From the NCBI RefSeq assembly GCF_036971445.1, contig NC_091471.1, positions 132,928,001 through 132,992,000 on the forward strand: DNA of 64,000 bases. Direction: 5' to 3'. The stretch comes from Narcine bancroftii. Lineage: Eukaryota. Shown piece after piece: positions 12,631 to 25,726 of this stretch. Below the pieces are notes generated by a model that was not told the origin of the DNA, did no database searches, and worked only from the letters and a program-made list of their open reading frames with translations. The number at the start of each line of letters is the position of its first letter. Within the stretch, counting starts at the first letter, position 1. Both the position numbers and the translations under genes were made by a program.

Positions 12631-13584
12631 TGTCTGTCAGAGGATAGAGACCAAGGATGGAGATTTTCTCCAGCAATTTATTTTCATAATGAGCAGATTA
12701 AATTTTGTGTATGTTAAAATACCATCCTGGTACCTTAATAGAAAACTGAGAATTGCCATGCAATAAAAGATGCAATTTTGTGATTACATATTTCATCTCC
12801 CTGCTTTGAGTCCTGCTCATTGTTAAAATTTCAACCAACTCACATGGATCCAATGGGTACAATTCTGTCAATAATGGTGCTGTGATAGAGTACTGAAGGA
12901 GATCATTTGCCTCATCATGCTCTCTCAACTATTCAAAATTTTTTTTTTTATCCGGGGCATTTTGAAAGCCATTCCATTTATTAACCACACCACCCTCAGC
13001 AACCCTCTTTGTCAAATCACCCAAGATGTCAATCAAGTTGGTAAAATCAACAACTGGGTAGAGGAGGACTTGGAGAAGTTCATTTCTTTCCTCACGACCC
13101 CACACTGATGAGGAATGATGAGCCTTCAGTTTAAGGTCGATTCTTCATGACCAAGGTTGCTGAATACATCATCCATCCTGGTACCTTGATGTGAAACTGA
13201 AGATTGTCACACTCTAAAAGGTGCCGTAATCTGAAGATGTTATTTCCATTCTAATCATTCACCACATTAAATAATATTTCCTAATTAAATCAATCAACTA
13301 TGGAAACAGTGATCATGTTTCATCTTGTTCACTTTTATATTACAAAGGTGCACAAGTAAATTATGTATAAGCAGTTCTCAAAATTTAATTTAAAATCCCA
13401 CAATAAGGAGTAATTAAATTGGCACTCACTCGACTTCAAGGAAACTAACATTACTGAGAAAATGGCAATTTTGTTCCTATGGTCAAAACTGGTAATAAAT
13501 TGGATCATGTCCATTGGTCATCTGTATCACGTCTGAAAGAGTGTGTGCAAAAGACAGTAAAAATGAAGAAAAAAGAGATAAACT

Positions 13585-14950
13585 CTTCTTCCAACGTCTG
13601 TGTCTATGCCTACTTCTTCCACCAGGATTCTTCAGCCCCTTCTAAAGCCATCCTCCCACCTTGAACCTGCATCCACCTCTTGTACACCTCATTTTGGCCT
13701 TCTGCCCACAATTAATTTTCACACGTTCAACTTCCACTTAGACATAAACTTCTCAACTTCACACTCCCATGACTTATCTAATCCCAACCACTCAGAACAT
13801 TCTTCCCTCCAATCTCTCCCCACCATAACCTCACTATAAAGATGCATATGTGTGGTGTTGTTGTGACACACTGATCTCTGCCTTGTCAAGGCCAGACGAC
13901 AGCTCTCAGACAACTCTTCTTAGTTACCTCTTGAAAGAACCAGGCAATCACCACAAACAAAGAGCCCCACCAAAAATCATAAAGCTGTCACTTCTGGTCA
14001 TCTCCCGTCCTCATCCTCCAACATTATTGTTTCCAACCCCACACTGTCCGCTTCTACCTCCTACCCAAGATCCATAAACCCATTTGCCACACAAGACCCA
14101 TTGCTTCCATGTGATCCTGCCCCACCAAACTAGTACATTGACTCCATTTCATTGCACATGGTCCAGTCCCTCCACACCTACATCCACGATATCTCATATC
14201 CTTTCCATTACATCCACAACTTCCAGTTCCCCGAACTCAGCTGCCTTATCTTCACCATGGACATTCAATCGCTCTACACCTCTATCCCCCATACTGAAGG
14301 CCTCAAAGCTCTTCATTTATTCTTAAAAAACAGACTGATTTCTCTCCCTCACCTCCTACACCCTCCTCTAGTAGGCAGAACTTATCTTCACCCTCAATAA
14401 CTTCTCCTTTCATTTATCCCACTTTCTTCAAGTTGACTTTAGTCTGTCATATGGCTGATCAAAATTCACCAACAGTAGAAATTGCCTAGCACCCCTTATA
14501 GTCAGAAAAGAGAAGCAAAAGAGACTCCCCCAGAGTCACTGGTGGTCCAAGGATTAGCCACGCCCACAGCCTCAGCAGCCCACAGACTTCAATCGTGACC
14601 TGAGCCACAGATCGAAACCTCCGATACAATCCTGAAGACTTCAGCACCCTTTAGACCCTCTCACATCCCAGTTCCAATACCTGATGCCCCTGCAGCCAGA
14701 CTCGAGCCAGTCTCCAGCAGTCCACAGCCTGGTGTGAATCCTTCTACCAGAGTCACTAGCAGCACACTAACTGTGGCATTTTCTTGCCTCAAGTCACCAA
14801 CAGCCCACCATCTGTATGTTCTTCAGCCACAGAGCCCCTCACTGGTCCACTCCCATGGGGTATCCATGGGTACCCACATGGGCCTCAGCCTTTTTGTTGG
14901 TTATGTGAAGCAATCCATGCTAAAATTCTCCAACTCTTCCTCCGCTTCTT
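13585..14950 (+). mobile_element. Penelope-like element RT relic, split by a repeat at about 14430-14850 that is related to 53125-53880
   Basis: LIFTMDIQSLYTSIPHTEGLKAL, LTLNNFSF, GVSMGTHMG...LFVGYV. Confidence 0.8.
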
Positions 14951-16969
14951 TTTGTTTGAATATTTTATTTAAGTTTTTAAAGCCAAACAGGCAATCACCA
15001 AAAACAAAGAATAAAATTAATTCAGAGTAAACATAATGATATGTCATACATGATGTCTATAATCCCACCCTCCCATGAAAAGTTAATAAACAAGAAAGTC
15101 TCAAATAAAAAGATTGAAGAGAAGAAGGAAGAGAGAAAAGAAAAAGGAAAAAGAGAAAGAGGGATTGTCAGGGATCCATCTTCTACCCCACAAGTTTCAC
15201 ATTTTCACAATTTACCTGAATCTCAAGGGGATACTTGTGCAGGTCTCGTGGGTGAGATAGGGCACAATTAAAAATTTGCACTTACATTTTGTAGATATGG
15301 CTGTCATAATTGTAAGAAAATGTCATACTTATTTCTTAGGTTATAGGTAACCTTATCAAGGGGAACACAACTATGCATTTCCGCATTCCAATGGGCTACA
15401 CCTAGATGTGAGTCAGACTTCTAAGTAACTGCTCTACATTTTCTGGTGACTGCCAATGTGATCTTGACAAACCTCATTTTAGGTCTTACACCAGCAATAT
15501 TCTCCAGTAAGAATAGTTCTGGGTTCTGTGGAAATTAAATTCCAGTAATTTTCTCTTGGTTTCCCCAGATCCACCCAAAATGTGTTTACCTTGGAACATG
15601 CCCAAGTTGAATGTAAAAAAGTTCCTATCTCCTCATTGCACCTAAAGCATTGATCTGAAATGTCTGATTTTTAATTTTTTTTGCAGTGTGAGATATAGCT
15701 GGTGCAAAAAATTATATTGCACTAATCTGTATCCTATATTTATTGTGTTTGTCATAGAGTCCTGACATAAATCAGACCAGCTTTGGTCACCAATATTTAT
15801 ATTCAAGCCTGATTCCCATCTCGGTCTTGAATTATGTTCCCCCATTTGAAGTGATAAATACATTTCTTTGTGTTTCCCTTATGAATCAGAGTCTCCATAT
15901 CACTCCACTTATTGTCCAGCCCAGTTTATCCCTTTAAGTATGCTCTTAACTGAAAATAGCAGAATATTGCATTGTTAGCAATACCATATTTATGTTTTAA
16001 TTGTTCAAAAGACATAAGTTATCCCTGCTCATAATAATCCTCAATAAACCTGATTCCTTTTCAGGACCAGGTATCCAAAATCTTATTACACATTGTTAAG
16101 GGTATAAGTCTATTCTGAGTCAGGGGTGTTTTTGGAGATAGTCCCCCTTAGTCCCCATATGCAAATTTATTTTGCTCCAAATATTAATTATATGTTTTAA
16201 CAAGGGGGCTTCTTTCTCACCAGGTATTAATTTTGAGTCCCATTTATATGTAAAATCCTCTGCTATGTTTTCTCCCACTTTATGCAATTCTATTTTCACC
16301 CATGAAGACTTATCTCCTCTCTCAATAGGGAGATAGGAAATTTAGTCTGGGTTGCCCAATAATAAATTTTAACATTTGGGAGTTGTCAGCCTCCCGGTTC
16401 ATATTTCCATATTAATTTTTCTATGGAGACTCTAGTCATCTTACCTTTCCAGATAAATTTTCTGACATGTTTAGTTAGTTACTGAAAAAAACCTTTGAGG
16501 CAATGGATTGGGCAGTGTCTGAAAGAGATATTGGACTCTGTTCAAATCTTCTTCAACATTGTTAAGAAAGGGGAGATCATTTAATTTGTATAAATTCTGT
16601 AAATTATTATTTTTTACTCCCTAAATATTTTATCTCGTTGAGTGACCATTTAAATTGAGTATTTCTTTGACATTGACTATAATCCCCATCCATAAGCGGC
16701 ATAATTTTGCTTTTATCCTAATTTATTTTATAACCTGAGACATTCCGATACTCTTTCAATTTTCAGTACAATTTCTGTAAGGAAGTTACTGGTTCTGTCA
16801 AATATATCAATACATCATATGCAAATAAATTAATCTTATATTCTTCCTGGTTAATCCTGAATCCCTTTATGTCTGGATCTCGCCGCATTGCTTCCACCAA
16901 CAGTTCTATAGCCAAAATAAAGAGAGCCAGAGAGAGTGGACATCTTTGTCAACTTAATCTAGTTAATGG

Positions 16970-19900
16970 TGTGACCAGTTATGTTTTTTTTTGTTTATAG
17001 GTATGTTTTAAATAAGATAAATTGTGGCAGGTTTTTTAGTGTAGGTCACATACAAAAACTTCAAAACAGATCTCATTTTAAATGCTGGAGCTCTGCTCAA
17101 ATCACACAGACCTAGTGCTTTACAAAAACTTTGAAGAATGCCTATAAGGACTTCACAAATAGGTGTTAATTGGACATGCTGTGGAGCAATGGATTATTGT
17201 TTTGGAAAGCAACAGATGAACAAACTCGGAAGATTAGGTTCAGAGCCACAGCCCATTTGAGTGTAGTGGGTGTTCTAAGGGGGTCATTTGGTTTTGCAAG
17301 CAGAGAGGGTCAAACAGGTTTTTTTCTCTGAGTGAGAGAGAGAGAGAGGGAGAGAGAGTTTGAAAGAGAAAGAATTCAGTTCTACAGTTCAGCTGCAGCA
17401 GCTGGAACTGAAACATGATAAGCTGCCAAGGTTGTGGAAAAACCCCATTTTGAAGATGGGTTGTGAGTTCTTAGTTTAGCCTGGTCAAAGTCCTTGTGGT
17501 CCATACAAGAGGAGAGGACTAGCTGCCTAATGTTTCACTTGAAATAAGGGAAACAAAAAGAACTCTGTAGTGACCTGAAAGGAAAAGGTTACCATCTAAA
17601 AACCCTGATGGAGCAAGTTTCTTTGGCAAGACACTGAAGTGGCTGATCTGAAGGAATCAGTTGTGAGTGTCCAACGAACAACAAATCTGTCTCGCAAAAC
17701 CAACAAGAACCTTCCTGAGCAGCAACCATTTTAAGTTCTGTGAATAGTTTAAGAATTGCCTGCAACCAAGGAACTTGCAGGAATGAGAAGTGAGATTGGA
17801 CTGTGAATCCTCACTTCTCCTTTCATTCATCCCACTTTCTTCAACTTTCTTCAAGTTAACTTTAGTCCTCAATTTTCTGAATTTATACAAACATTACATA
17901 CACGTGCACTTAGAATTAAAAGGGTGTTAAGTTAGGTAAAGTTAAGTTAATAGTAATAAGTTTGAGTTTGATCCTGTTCTCATGTTTAAAGATAATTAAA
18001 AGCAACTTTTGTTTAAGTAACAATTTGTCTTGGTGAATTTCTATTGCTGCTGGGTCTTGGGGTCCTCTGGGCTCATAACATTGGGGGCTTATCTTTTCAA
18101 ATTGAAAATTGGAGTTTTGGAATCATAAATGTTTGAAGTTACATAGAAACAGAAAATAGGTGCAGGAGTAGGCCATTTGGCCCTTCAAGCCTACACTGCC
18201 ATTCAATATGTTCATGGCTGTTCAGTACCCAGTTCCTGCCTTCTCCCCATACCCCCTGATCCCCTTAGCACAAGGGCCAAATCTAACCTACTCTTAAATA
18301 TTGACAAGGAACTGGCCTCAACTACTTCCTGTGGCAAAGAATTCCACAGATCTACCACCCTCTGAAAGAATAATTTTTTCCTCATCTCAGTCCTAAAACA
18401 CTTCTCCCTTAACCTTAAACTGTGACCTTTGGTTCTAGTTTTTTTCCCAGCATTGGAAACAACCTTCCAGCATCTAGTCTGTCTAAACCCTTAAGAATTT
18501 TATATGTTTCTATAAGATCCTCCTCAATCCTCTAAATTCCAGAGTATATAAACCCAGTCTATCCAACCTTCTTTTATATGCAAGTCCTTCCATCCCTGGT
18601 ATCAGTCAAGTGAACTTTCTCTGCACCCCTTCCATGACGCCCCTCTTGCTATGAATACAAATATACCATTTGCCTTCCTCACTGCCTGCTGCACCTACAC
18701 GCCCACTTTCAATGACTGATGCACATCCAAGTCTCTCTGCATCTCCCCTTTTCATAAACAGATACCATTTAGATAATAGTCCTCTTTCCTGTTCTTATTT
18801 ATTGGTTGATTGGTTTTTCCAAGCTAATTTAAAGCTTTTGTGTGTGTAGAAAACACCAGCAATGGATGTTGATAAACTTTTGTCACAACCATCTACTGCA
18901 GAGCTGCAGAGGAAGAAAAAAAGAGGAACTGATGGTTATTTCTAAGGCATTAAAGCTGAATAAAGTCAAGCATTGGATGAGGAAAATACAAATACAGAGA
19001 ATTATAGTGAAATATATAGGTGAGGGAAAATTTGTTGATAAAGACTTAGAAAAATTTCCGGAAGATAGGTCTGTTCAATTGCAGTTGAAATTGGAGAAAT
19101 TAAGGGTGTTGAAAGAAGGAGAGAAACAGAACTTTGAACTGCAGAATTTTGATGTATAACTCGGTACTTCTCATGAACCAACTTTGATACTTACTGACCA
19201 CAATCCCCTGGTGTTTTTGAATAAAATGAAGAATAAAAAGAGAAGATTGTTAAACTGGAGTTTAATGTTGCAAGAATATAATCTGCAAATTAATCTTATC
19301 AGAGGTACAAAAAATGTGATGGCAGATTGTTTGTCACGATGTTAAAATTGATCATGTATAGAAATATATACTCTCAACATTGGGTTACATTGTTATAACA
19401 TGTTATATATTGTATATTGTTATCATTTTAGTTTTATAAAGTCAGTTTAATTATAACTGAATTTTAACTCGAGAGTTAAAATTCCTTTGTATGGGGAAAG
19501 TGTGACAGATTATGTTATATTTTATTTTGTATATGTTTTAAAGGAGGTAAATTGTGGCAGATTTTTTTTAGTGTAGGTCACATAAAAACAATTCAAAACA
19601 GATCTCATTTAAAATGCTGGAGCTCTCTCAAGCCAGACAGTCCAGGCTCCTAGTGCTTTACAAAAACTTTGAAGAATGCCTACAAGGACTTCACAAGTAG
19701 GTGTAGAGCAATGCTGTAGAGCAATGGACTATAGTTTTGGAAAGCAACAGATGAACAAACTTGGAAGATTGGCTCCGGAGCCGCAGTCTGTCTGAGTGCA
19801 GTTGGCTGTTTTAAGAGGATCGTGTGCTTTTGCAAGCAGAGAGAGTCAAACAGGTTTTTTTCTCTGAGAGAGAGAGAGGGAATTCAGTTCTACAGTCAGC

Positions 19901-20534
19901 AGCAGCAGCAGCTGGGACTAGAACAGGACAATCTGCCAAGGTTGTGGAAAAACTCCATTTTGAAGATGGGTTGTGAGTGCTTAGTTCAGCCTGGTCAAAG
20001 CCCTTGTGGTCCATACAAAAGGAGATGGCTGGCTGTATTTCACTTGAAATAAGGGAAACAAAAGGGAACTCTGTAGTGACCTGAAAGAAAAAGGTTACCA
20101 TCTAGAAAACCCTGATGGGAAATTTTCTTTGGCAAGATTCTGAAGTGGCTGATCAGAAGGAATTAGTTTGTGGGTGTCCAGCGAACAACAAATCTCTCTC
20201 TGAAAACCGACAAGAACCTTCCTGAGCCGTAACTATTTACCTTTCAAACACCAAAGCCCGGTGAACTTCATAAATGTTAAATTCTGTGCATAGTTTAAGA
20301 ATTGCCTGCAACCAATGAACTTGGAGGAGTGAGAAGTGAGATTGGACTGTGAATCAAAGAACATTTCTGAACATATACACACATTACAAGGGGGTTAAGT
20401 TAATAGTAATAAGTTTGAATTTGATCCTGTTTTCATGTTTAAAGATAATTAAAAGCTACTTTTGTTTAAGTAACCATTTGTCTTGGTGAATTTTCTATTG
20501 CTGCTGGGTTTTGGGGTCCTCTGGGCTCATAACA
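16970..20534 (+). mobile_element. Gmr1-like Gypsy LTR element, internally deleted; LTRs 16970-18080 and 19501-20534
   Basis: TGTGAC...TAACA LTR pair; 4-bp TSD ATGG (16966-16969, 20535-20538); tRNA-Pro-like PBS TTGGGGGCT at 18081; gag start about 18862 fused to RNase H (TDHNPLVFL...WSLMLQEY...NVMADCLSRC*), which ends shortly before the purine tract and 3' LTR. Confidence 0.9.
18140..18800 (-). mobile_element. CR1 3' end nested in the leader of the LTR element
   Basis: ACATAGAAACAGAAAATAGGTGCAGGAGTAGGCCATT is the reverse complement of a CR1 tail. Confidence 0.8.
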
Positions 20535-22759
20535 ATGGAAATGGTGGAGAAATTTGTCAGTTAGTTACAATTTTGGCTTTAGATTCATAATATAATGCCC
20601 TAATTCAAATCTTTTCAGCATTTAAATATGAAATCCCATTCCAGTCTATCAACTGCTTTTGCTACATCCAGGGCCACAGCTATACTCAAATCACTTCTCA
20701 TTTGGGCCAAATGACTTACATTAATTGGCCTGTTTACATTAGCAGCAGACTGTCTGTTTGATCCATATTTATTTATTTTGCCAAAATTTTCACCAATCTG
20801 TTTGCCAAAGCTTTGGCAATAATTTTATAATCTGGATTCAATAAGGAAATAGGTCTAGAAGATGACAGTTTCAATGGATCCCTATCTTTTTTTAGGTATC
20901 ACTGTAATTATTGCCATTGAAAATGATTCTGGGAGAGTATATGTCTCAACTGCCTGATTGAACACTGCCATAAAGAGAGGTATCAAAAGATCCTTAAATT
21001 CTTTATAAAATTCAAGGGGAAACCCATCCTCCCCTGGAGTCTTGTTGACTTGCATAAACTCAATGCCAACCCTATCTCCATTTGAGTGAAGGGGGGACTG
21101 GGTTCTTCCTGTTTTTCTTAATCTAAATTTGGAAGTTCCAATTGTGATAGGAACTCTTCAATTTTATTAATATCTCCTTGAGATTCTGATTAATATAATG
21201 TAGAATAAGATTGTCCAAAAGCCTCATTAATTTCTTGCAGATTATGTCCTTTTTGTATCTATTTTAACCATATTGTTTGTTCTTGAGACCTGTTCAGCTT
21301 TCAACTGCCAAAAAATGACCTTATGGGCTCTTTCCCCTAGCTCATAGTACCTTTGTTTAGTTCTTAATATTGCTTTTTCTGTCTTATATGTTTGTACTAT
21401 ATTCTGCTTGAGTTTTTTATTAATAAGTAATCTACATTTTTCTTCAGAACCCCTTTGCTAAAGCTCTTTTTCCAAATAAAGTATCTCCTTTTCTAATCCT
21501 TCCACCTCCTTTGTGTATTCTTTCTTAATCCTTGATGTATAACATTATTTGTCCTCACAGATATGTTTTTAAAGCATCCTGTATAATAAATTTATTGGTA
21601 GTTGTATTACAGTTGGTCTCACAGAACATCTCAATTTGTCTCCTATAAAATCACAAAACTCTCGTCTTCTCAACAACAATGAATTAAAGTGCCATCTCGA
21701 AGTTGTTTTTTGTTTGTCTGGCATTGAGATTGTTAATACTAGAGGTGAATGATCTGATAAAAAAAAGTTTTGCTTTGTATTCAGCCTCCATTATCCTACC
21801 CTGCAACTGAATTGGTGCCAAAAGATAAATGTATCCTAGAGTAGGAATTGTGCCTATTAGAATAGAAAGAATAGTCCCTCTCCCTTGGATGAGATCTACT
21901 CCAGACATCCATTAAATTCAATTCTCTTATTAATACCAAGGTAGCTTTCACCACCTTTGTCCTAACAACTGCCCTTGTTGATTTATCTAGAACCAGATCC
22001 AGACAAAAATTAAAAGCCCCTCCACTTAAGATGTTTTCATGTGCATCTGCCAATTTGAAAAAAGTTTCTTTAATAAAAATTCTCCAGCACTTTTGAGTAT
22101 TAAGGTGAACAAGAAAGCTTCAGAATTTTGATAGAGTGACAACAATCATGGAAGGTTTAGAGAGGATAAATTCAGAAAAAAACAGATGGTGTGAGAAGAC
22201 TTTGTTCAGCAGAGAAAGAGAACTCTAATCTGGGAATGGTGGATGTCAAGTGTTCAGATCCTTTCATAGGAAGATGGATAGTGACTTGAAAAAAATTGTT
22301 TGGCTACAGGGAAAAGTGGAGAAATGGAAATTAACAGATTACTCTGCAGAATCTGGCATGAACTTGTTTGGCAACTGGTTTCCACCTTTGCTTCATCAAT
22401 CCTGCCTTTATACTTTATGAGTAGAGACTTTGCCAAAGTTATCTTCGTACATTGTCTCCTAATAATAATAGTTGATATTGGCCCAACTGCTGCATGCTCA
22501 GTCTGTGTAAGAAGATCATCTTTTGGATTCAATTCGAGAGCACATAATTTCTGCTGGTGCTCCTGCTTGTAACTGCAAGAGTCCTGTACTATTGGAGTCA
22601 CTGTCATTTAAATGAGACAGTTGAAACAAGTTCCCATTTTCTCAGCTGATATGTGATCACGTGATATATTGTGGAAGCTCTCAGAGTTCTGTTTTTATTT
22701 TACTGAAGTCTAAAAAACAACTGATCTGGTCATTTTTCTCTCATCATTTTAGCAGTAGA

Positions 22760-23890
22760 CGGTTCATAAATCAATTGTGCATTACGTATAGTTCATCAGT
22801 CGTTCAGCAGTCTCACTGCCTGTGGGAAGAAACTGTTCCTCAGCGTGGTGGTTCATCTCTTTCTGAACGGGACGAGCTGGAACATGCTGCATGGGAGGTG
22901 GTCGGTTTCCTTCCTGATTTTGAGAACCTCTTTAAACAATGATCCCAGTAAATCACACCAGTAGAGGGGAGGGAGAGCCCAGTGATATTCTCCTTCACTC
23001 TTATAATCCTGTTCATTGATCTCTGACCTGATGCTCTGCAGCAACTGTACCAGACTGTGATGAAGCCAGCGTGATCGAGCTCCTGTAGAAAGTTCTCAGG
23101 ATGATGGCTGCTAATCTTGCCTGCCTCAATCTTTTCAGGAAGTGAAGTCACTGTTGTGCTTTCCTGACAAATAAAGATATGTTGTGTGTCCACGATAAGC
23201 CACTTCTTTAGTGGCCTATGAGGAACATGGTGCTTTCTCTCCACTACCAAGCTATTAATGTGTAGTAGAGGGTAGTTGTCCCTGGTCCTCTTGAAATCCA
23301 CAATCATCTCCTTCACCTTGTCCACATTGAGACTCAGGTTGTTATTCTCAAACCATTTCACAAGAAATAGTAGAGTGATTCATCATTGTTGCTGATGAGA
23401 CCAACTACTGTCATGTCACCTGCAAACTTGATGACTCTGTTAGAGCTTGATCTGGCAAAGCAGTCGTGGGTCAGCCACATGAATTGGAAGGAGTAGGTTG
23501 AGCACACTGCCCTGAGGTGTGACAGTGCTCATTGTGATGGTGCTTGAAGTTCTGCTACCATCTGTGGTCTTTCTGTTAGGAAGTGCAGAATCCAGTTAGG
23601 GAGAGGGGTGTTGAGTCCCAGCGAGGACCACTTCTCCGCCAGCCTCTGGGGAATGATCGCATTAAATGTCGAGCTGAAGTCAATGAACAGCAACTTGGCA
23701 CATAAGACTCATTCTCCAGGTAGAACAAGATGGAATGGAAAGAAAAAGCTGTAGCATCATCAGTGGAACACTTCCATCTCTAGGCAAACTGAAATGGGTC
23801 CAATGTCTTTGAGAGGTGCGCTTTGATGCGTTCCATCACCAGATACTCAAAGCTTTCCATATTGGTGTTGACAAGTGCCACAAGTGCGGG
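22760..23890 (-). mobile_element. Rex1/Babar-clade LINE RT and 3' region
   Basis: KFAGDMTVVGLI, WFENNNLSLNVDKVKEMIVDFKR, ITVWY. Confidence 0.85.
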
Positions 23891-24566
23891 CTCTCCTGCA
23901 ACTCTATTCATTCATCAATGTGCCGCAGAACAAAACAGAAGGTAGGGTTACACAGAGAGACCAGTTCAAATGGAGTAAGAGCAACAGTACCTTAAACGCT
24001 GATAGTGGTAAGAAAGGGTCTGTCCTTAAACCTGGTGATGCGTGATTTCACAAGATTCAAGGACAATGTTTTTTTACTGTTGGGAGGAGGGCACAATTAG
24101 TCTGGCTGAGGTGAGATGAGCCCTTCACTAAGTTGGCTGATTTTCTAAGGATTTAGATACTTAGATGGAGTCAATGAAGGAAAGGGGATTTCTGTGATGT
24201 TGCATGGTGCATTCACAATTCTGAGTTTATTGCAGTCCCATACCATGCAGCGATGCACCCTCACATGATACTCTGATGGTACTGTTGTACTTGAGGGAAG
24301 ATAGGATAATGCCAAATGTCCTCAAGTTTCTGAGATTGTAGAGGCAATTCTTTATATATAATAGTGAAGACAGAAAATTCAGTAGCGAATTCAGTGCTAA
24401 GTCCAGAGACTGTAATGTGCACAGATGAAAACGAGATATCATTCTCCATGCTACAATTGACCTTTTTGCAATGGTGCCAAAGGCTATGGTGAAGGGCCAC
24501 ACTTTGAACACTGAATACAGTAAACATTTATTAAAGAACAAATTTTTATATCCAATTTTCTTACAA

Positions 24567-24724
24567 CTGCTCCCTGTAAATAACAATGAGAACATGCGAT
24601 ATCTCCTTTAAGTCACGATGAGAACATGCAAAGTCAATGCATACAATATAAAAAGAGAAAAGCACCATGGAGAATAATTTATGACACTAACAAGTACCAC
24701 AAGTTGCATGCATACAGAGGTCAT
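24567..24724 (+). pseudogene. CXC chemokine-like pseudogene, exon 2
   Basis: Reconstructs to AP-VNNNENMR/Q-(S)QCIQYKKRKAPWRIIYDTN / STTSCMHTEV-AT|GT. AGT-CAA-TGC at 24632-24640 is one change from C-Q-C; third Cys at 24705; TEVI ends at a phase-2 GT (24725). Lesions: acceptor reads TTACAA instead of TTACAG, a 12-bp duplication with filler, and frameshifts. Confidence 0.68.
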
Positions 24725-24822
24725 GTAAAAATTGTTTGTGTATTTACATTTTCTTGTTTATATTTCAATGGGAAAGTGCTGATAATATGGAGAAATTGGG
24801 TGAATGACAGTTATATCTCCAG

Positions 24823-24970
24823 ATCACCACCAAAAAGTAAATCTTACCAAAAAAATTAACATTTTTAATGAACCAAAATGAAGCTCTCACTCTTTCATGG
24901 GCAAACTTCTTGGGTGAAGGAACTTGTTGACAGTTCACTGACAAATTCTACAATGTCAGATATATTTTGA
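24823..24970 (+). pseudogene. Possible exon 3 relic of the chemokine pseudogene
   Basis: Follows a 98-nt GT..TCTCCAG intron; the phase-2 frame contains stops but leads to QTSWVKELVD (TGG at 24911), like the chemokine WV helix; fourth Cys not recognisable. Confidence 0.35.
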
Positions 24971-25726
24971 AGGGCTTGATTGCTGTAATAATATCCTGAT
25001 GTTAAAGATACACGCTCTTTCTTGCTTTAATTATGGAAGTGAAATTGCAACTCCTTTTTAAATTATCCTTCAAATTAGATGGCTTTCTAAAATTAATATG
25101 TTTGATCTTAATTCTAATGCTGAATCTCCTCTGTTAAGCAAACACCTTCATCATAAACCGTAGAATAAGGATTACAGCAAATGATTCAGACAATATGTCT
25201 CCATAATAATCCAAAAGATAAATTCAATTACTCCCTCCTTCGGATTGTCACCTCCCATCTACCCCACCCTCTTCCCATCCCACCAAACTCCATCTCCATT
25301 TCAACAATTCTCTGAAAGCATCCAAGTTTCTCTGCTTTAAAAACTTCTCCAACTCTCTATTGTAAATTACCGTTTAATCTGCTATCATTTCATTTTCAGA
25401 TCTACCACTCCGCACAACAATTTGTTTCCTTGCCTGGTTTCTGGTGCTAGAATTCTGCATCTGCTGGTTACTGTGTCTTGCATTGCTGGAAACAATTCCA
25501 TCTTACTTTCTCCATGATATGGTTCATGATATTGAATACACGCTTTAAATCTACCCTTAACACCATCTGTCCTGGCAAAAGCAATCCAGCATTTTCCATA
25601 TTCTCAATAAAACAGAAATTCCACAAACATAGTTTCATTCTCATAAATCTGCTCTGCAGGGATTTGATTTGGACCTGTGATATGGTGCCAAGAAATGGAA
25701 AAAAAACTTCAGCTAAAAGCTTACCT

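Larger units (their letters stand above)
14950..22085 (-). mobile_element. L1/Tx1-clade LINE ORF2 (endonuclease end to 3' tail), split by the LTR element at 16970-20534
   Basis: DVWSRSHPRERDYSFYS, PGEDGFPLEFYK, RPISLLN; the RT frame ...ISPPFP|LTR...QRCPLS continues across the insertion; T-rich tail near 14950. Confidence 0.9.

Noticed and set aside
12698-13240. Minus-strand exon-like pieces (LREHDEANDLLQYSITAP..., and two segments ending IKVPGW)
   Set aside because: No recognisable protein. On the + strand they resemble decayed Deu-domain SINE and CR1 fragments, which would explain the repeated CATCCTGGTACCTT.
22254-22607. 117-aa and 90-aa overlapping ORFs
   Set aside because: No motif and no consistent splice-phase partner; probably old repeat or intronic sequence.
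25480-25726. Apparent minus-strand exon with a good acceptor and GTAAG donors
   Set aside because: Aligns with the CR1 ORF2 3' region, and one donor is part of the hAT TSD.
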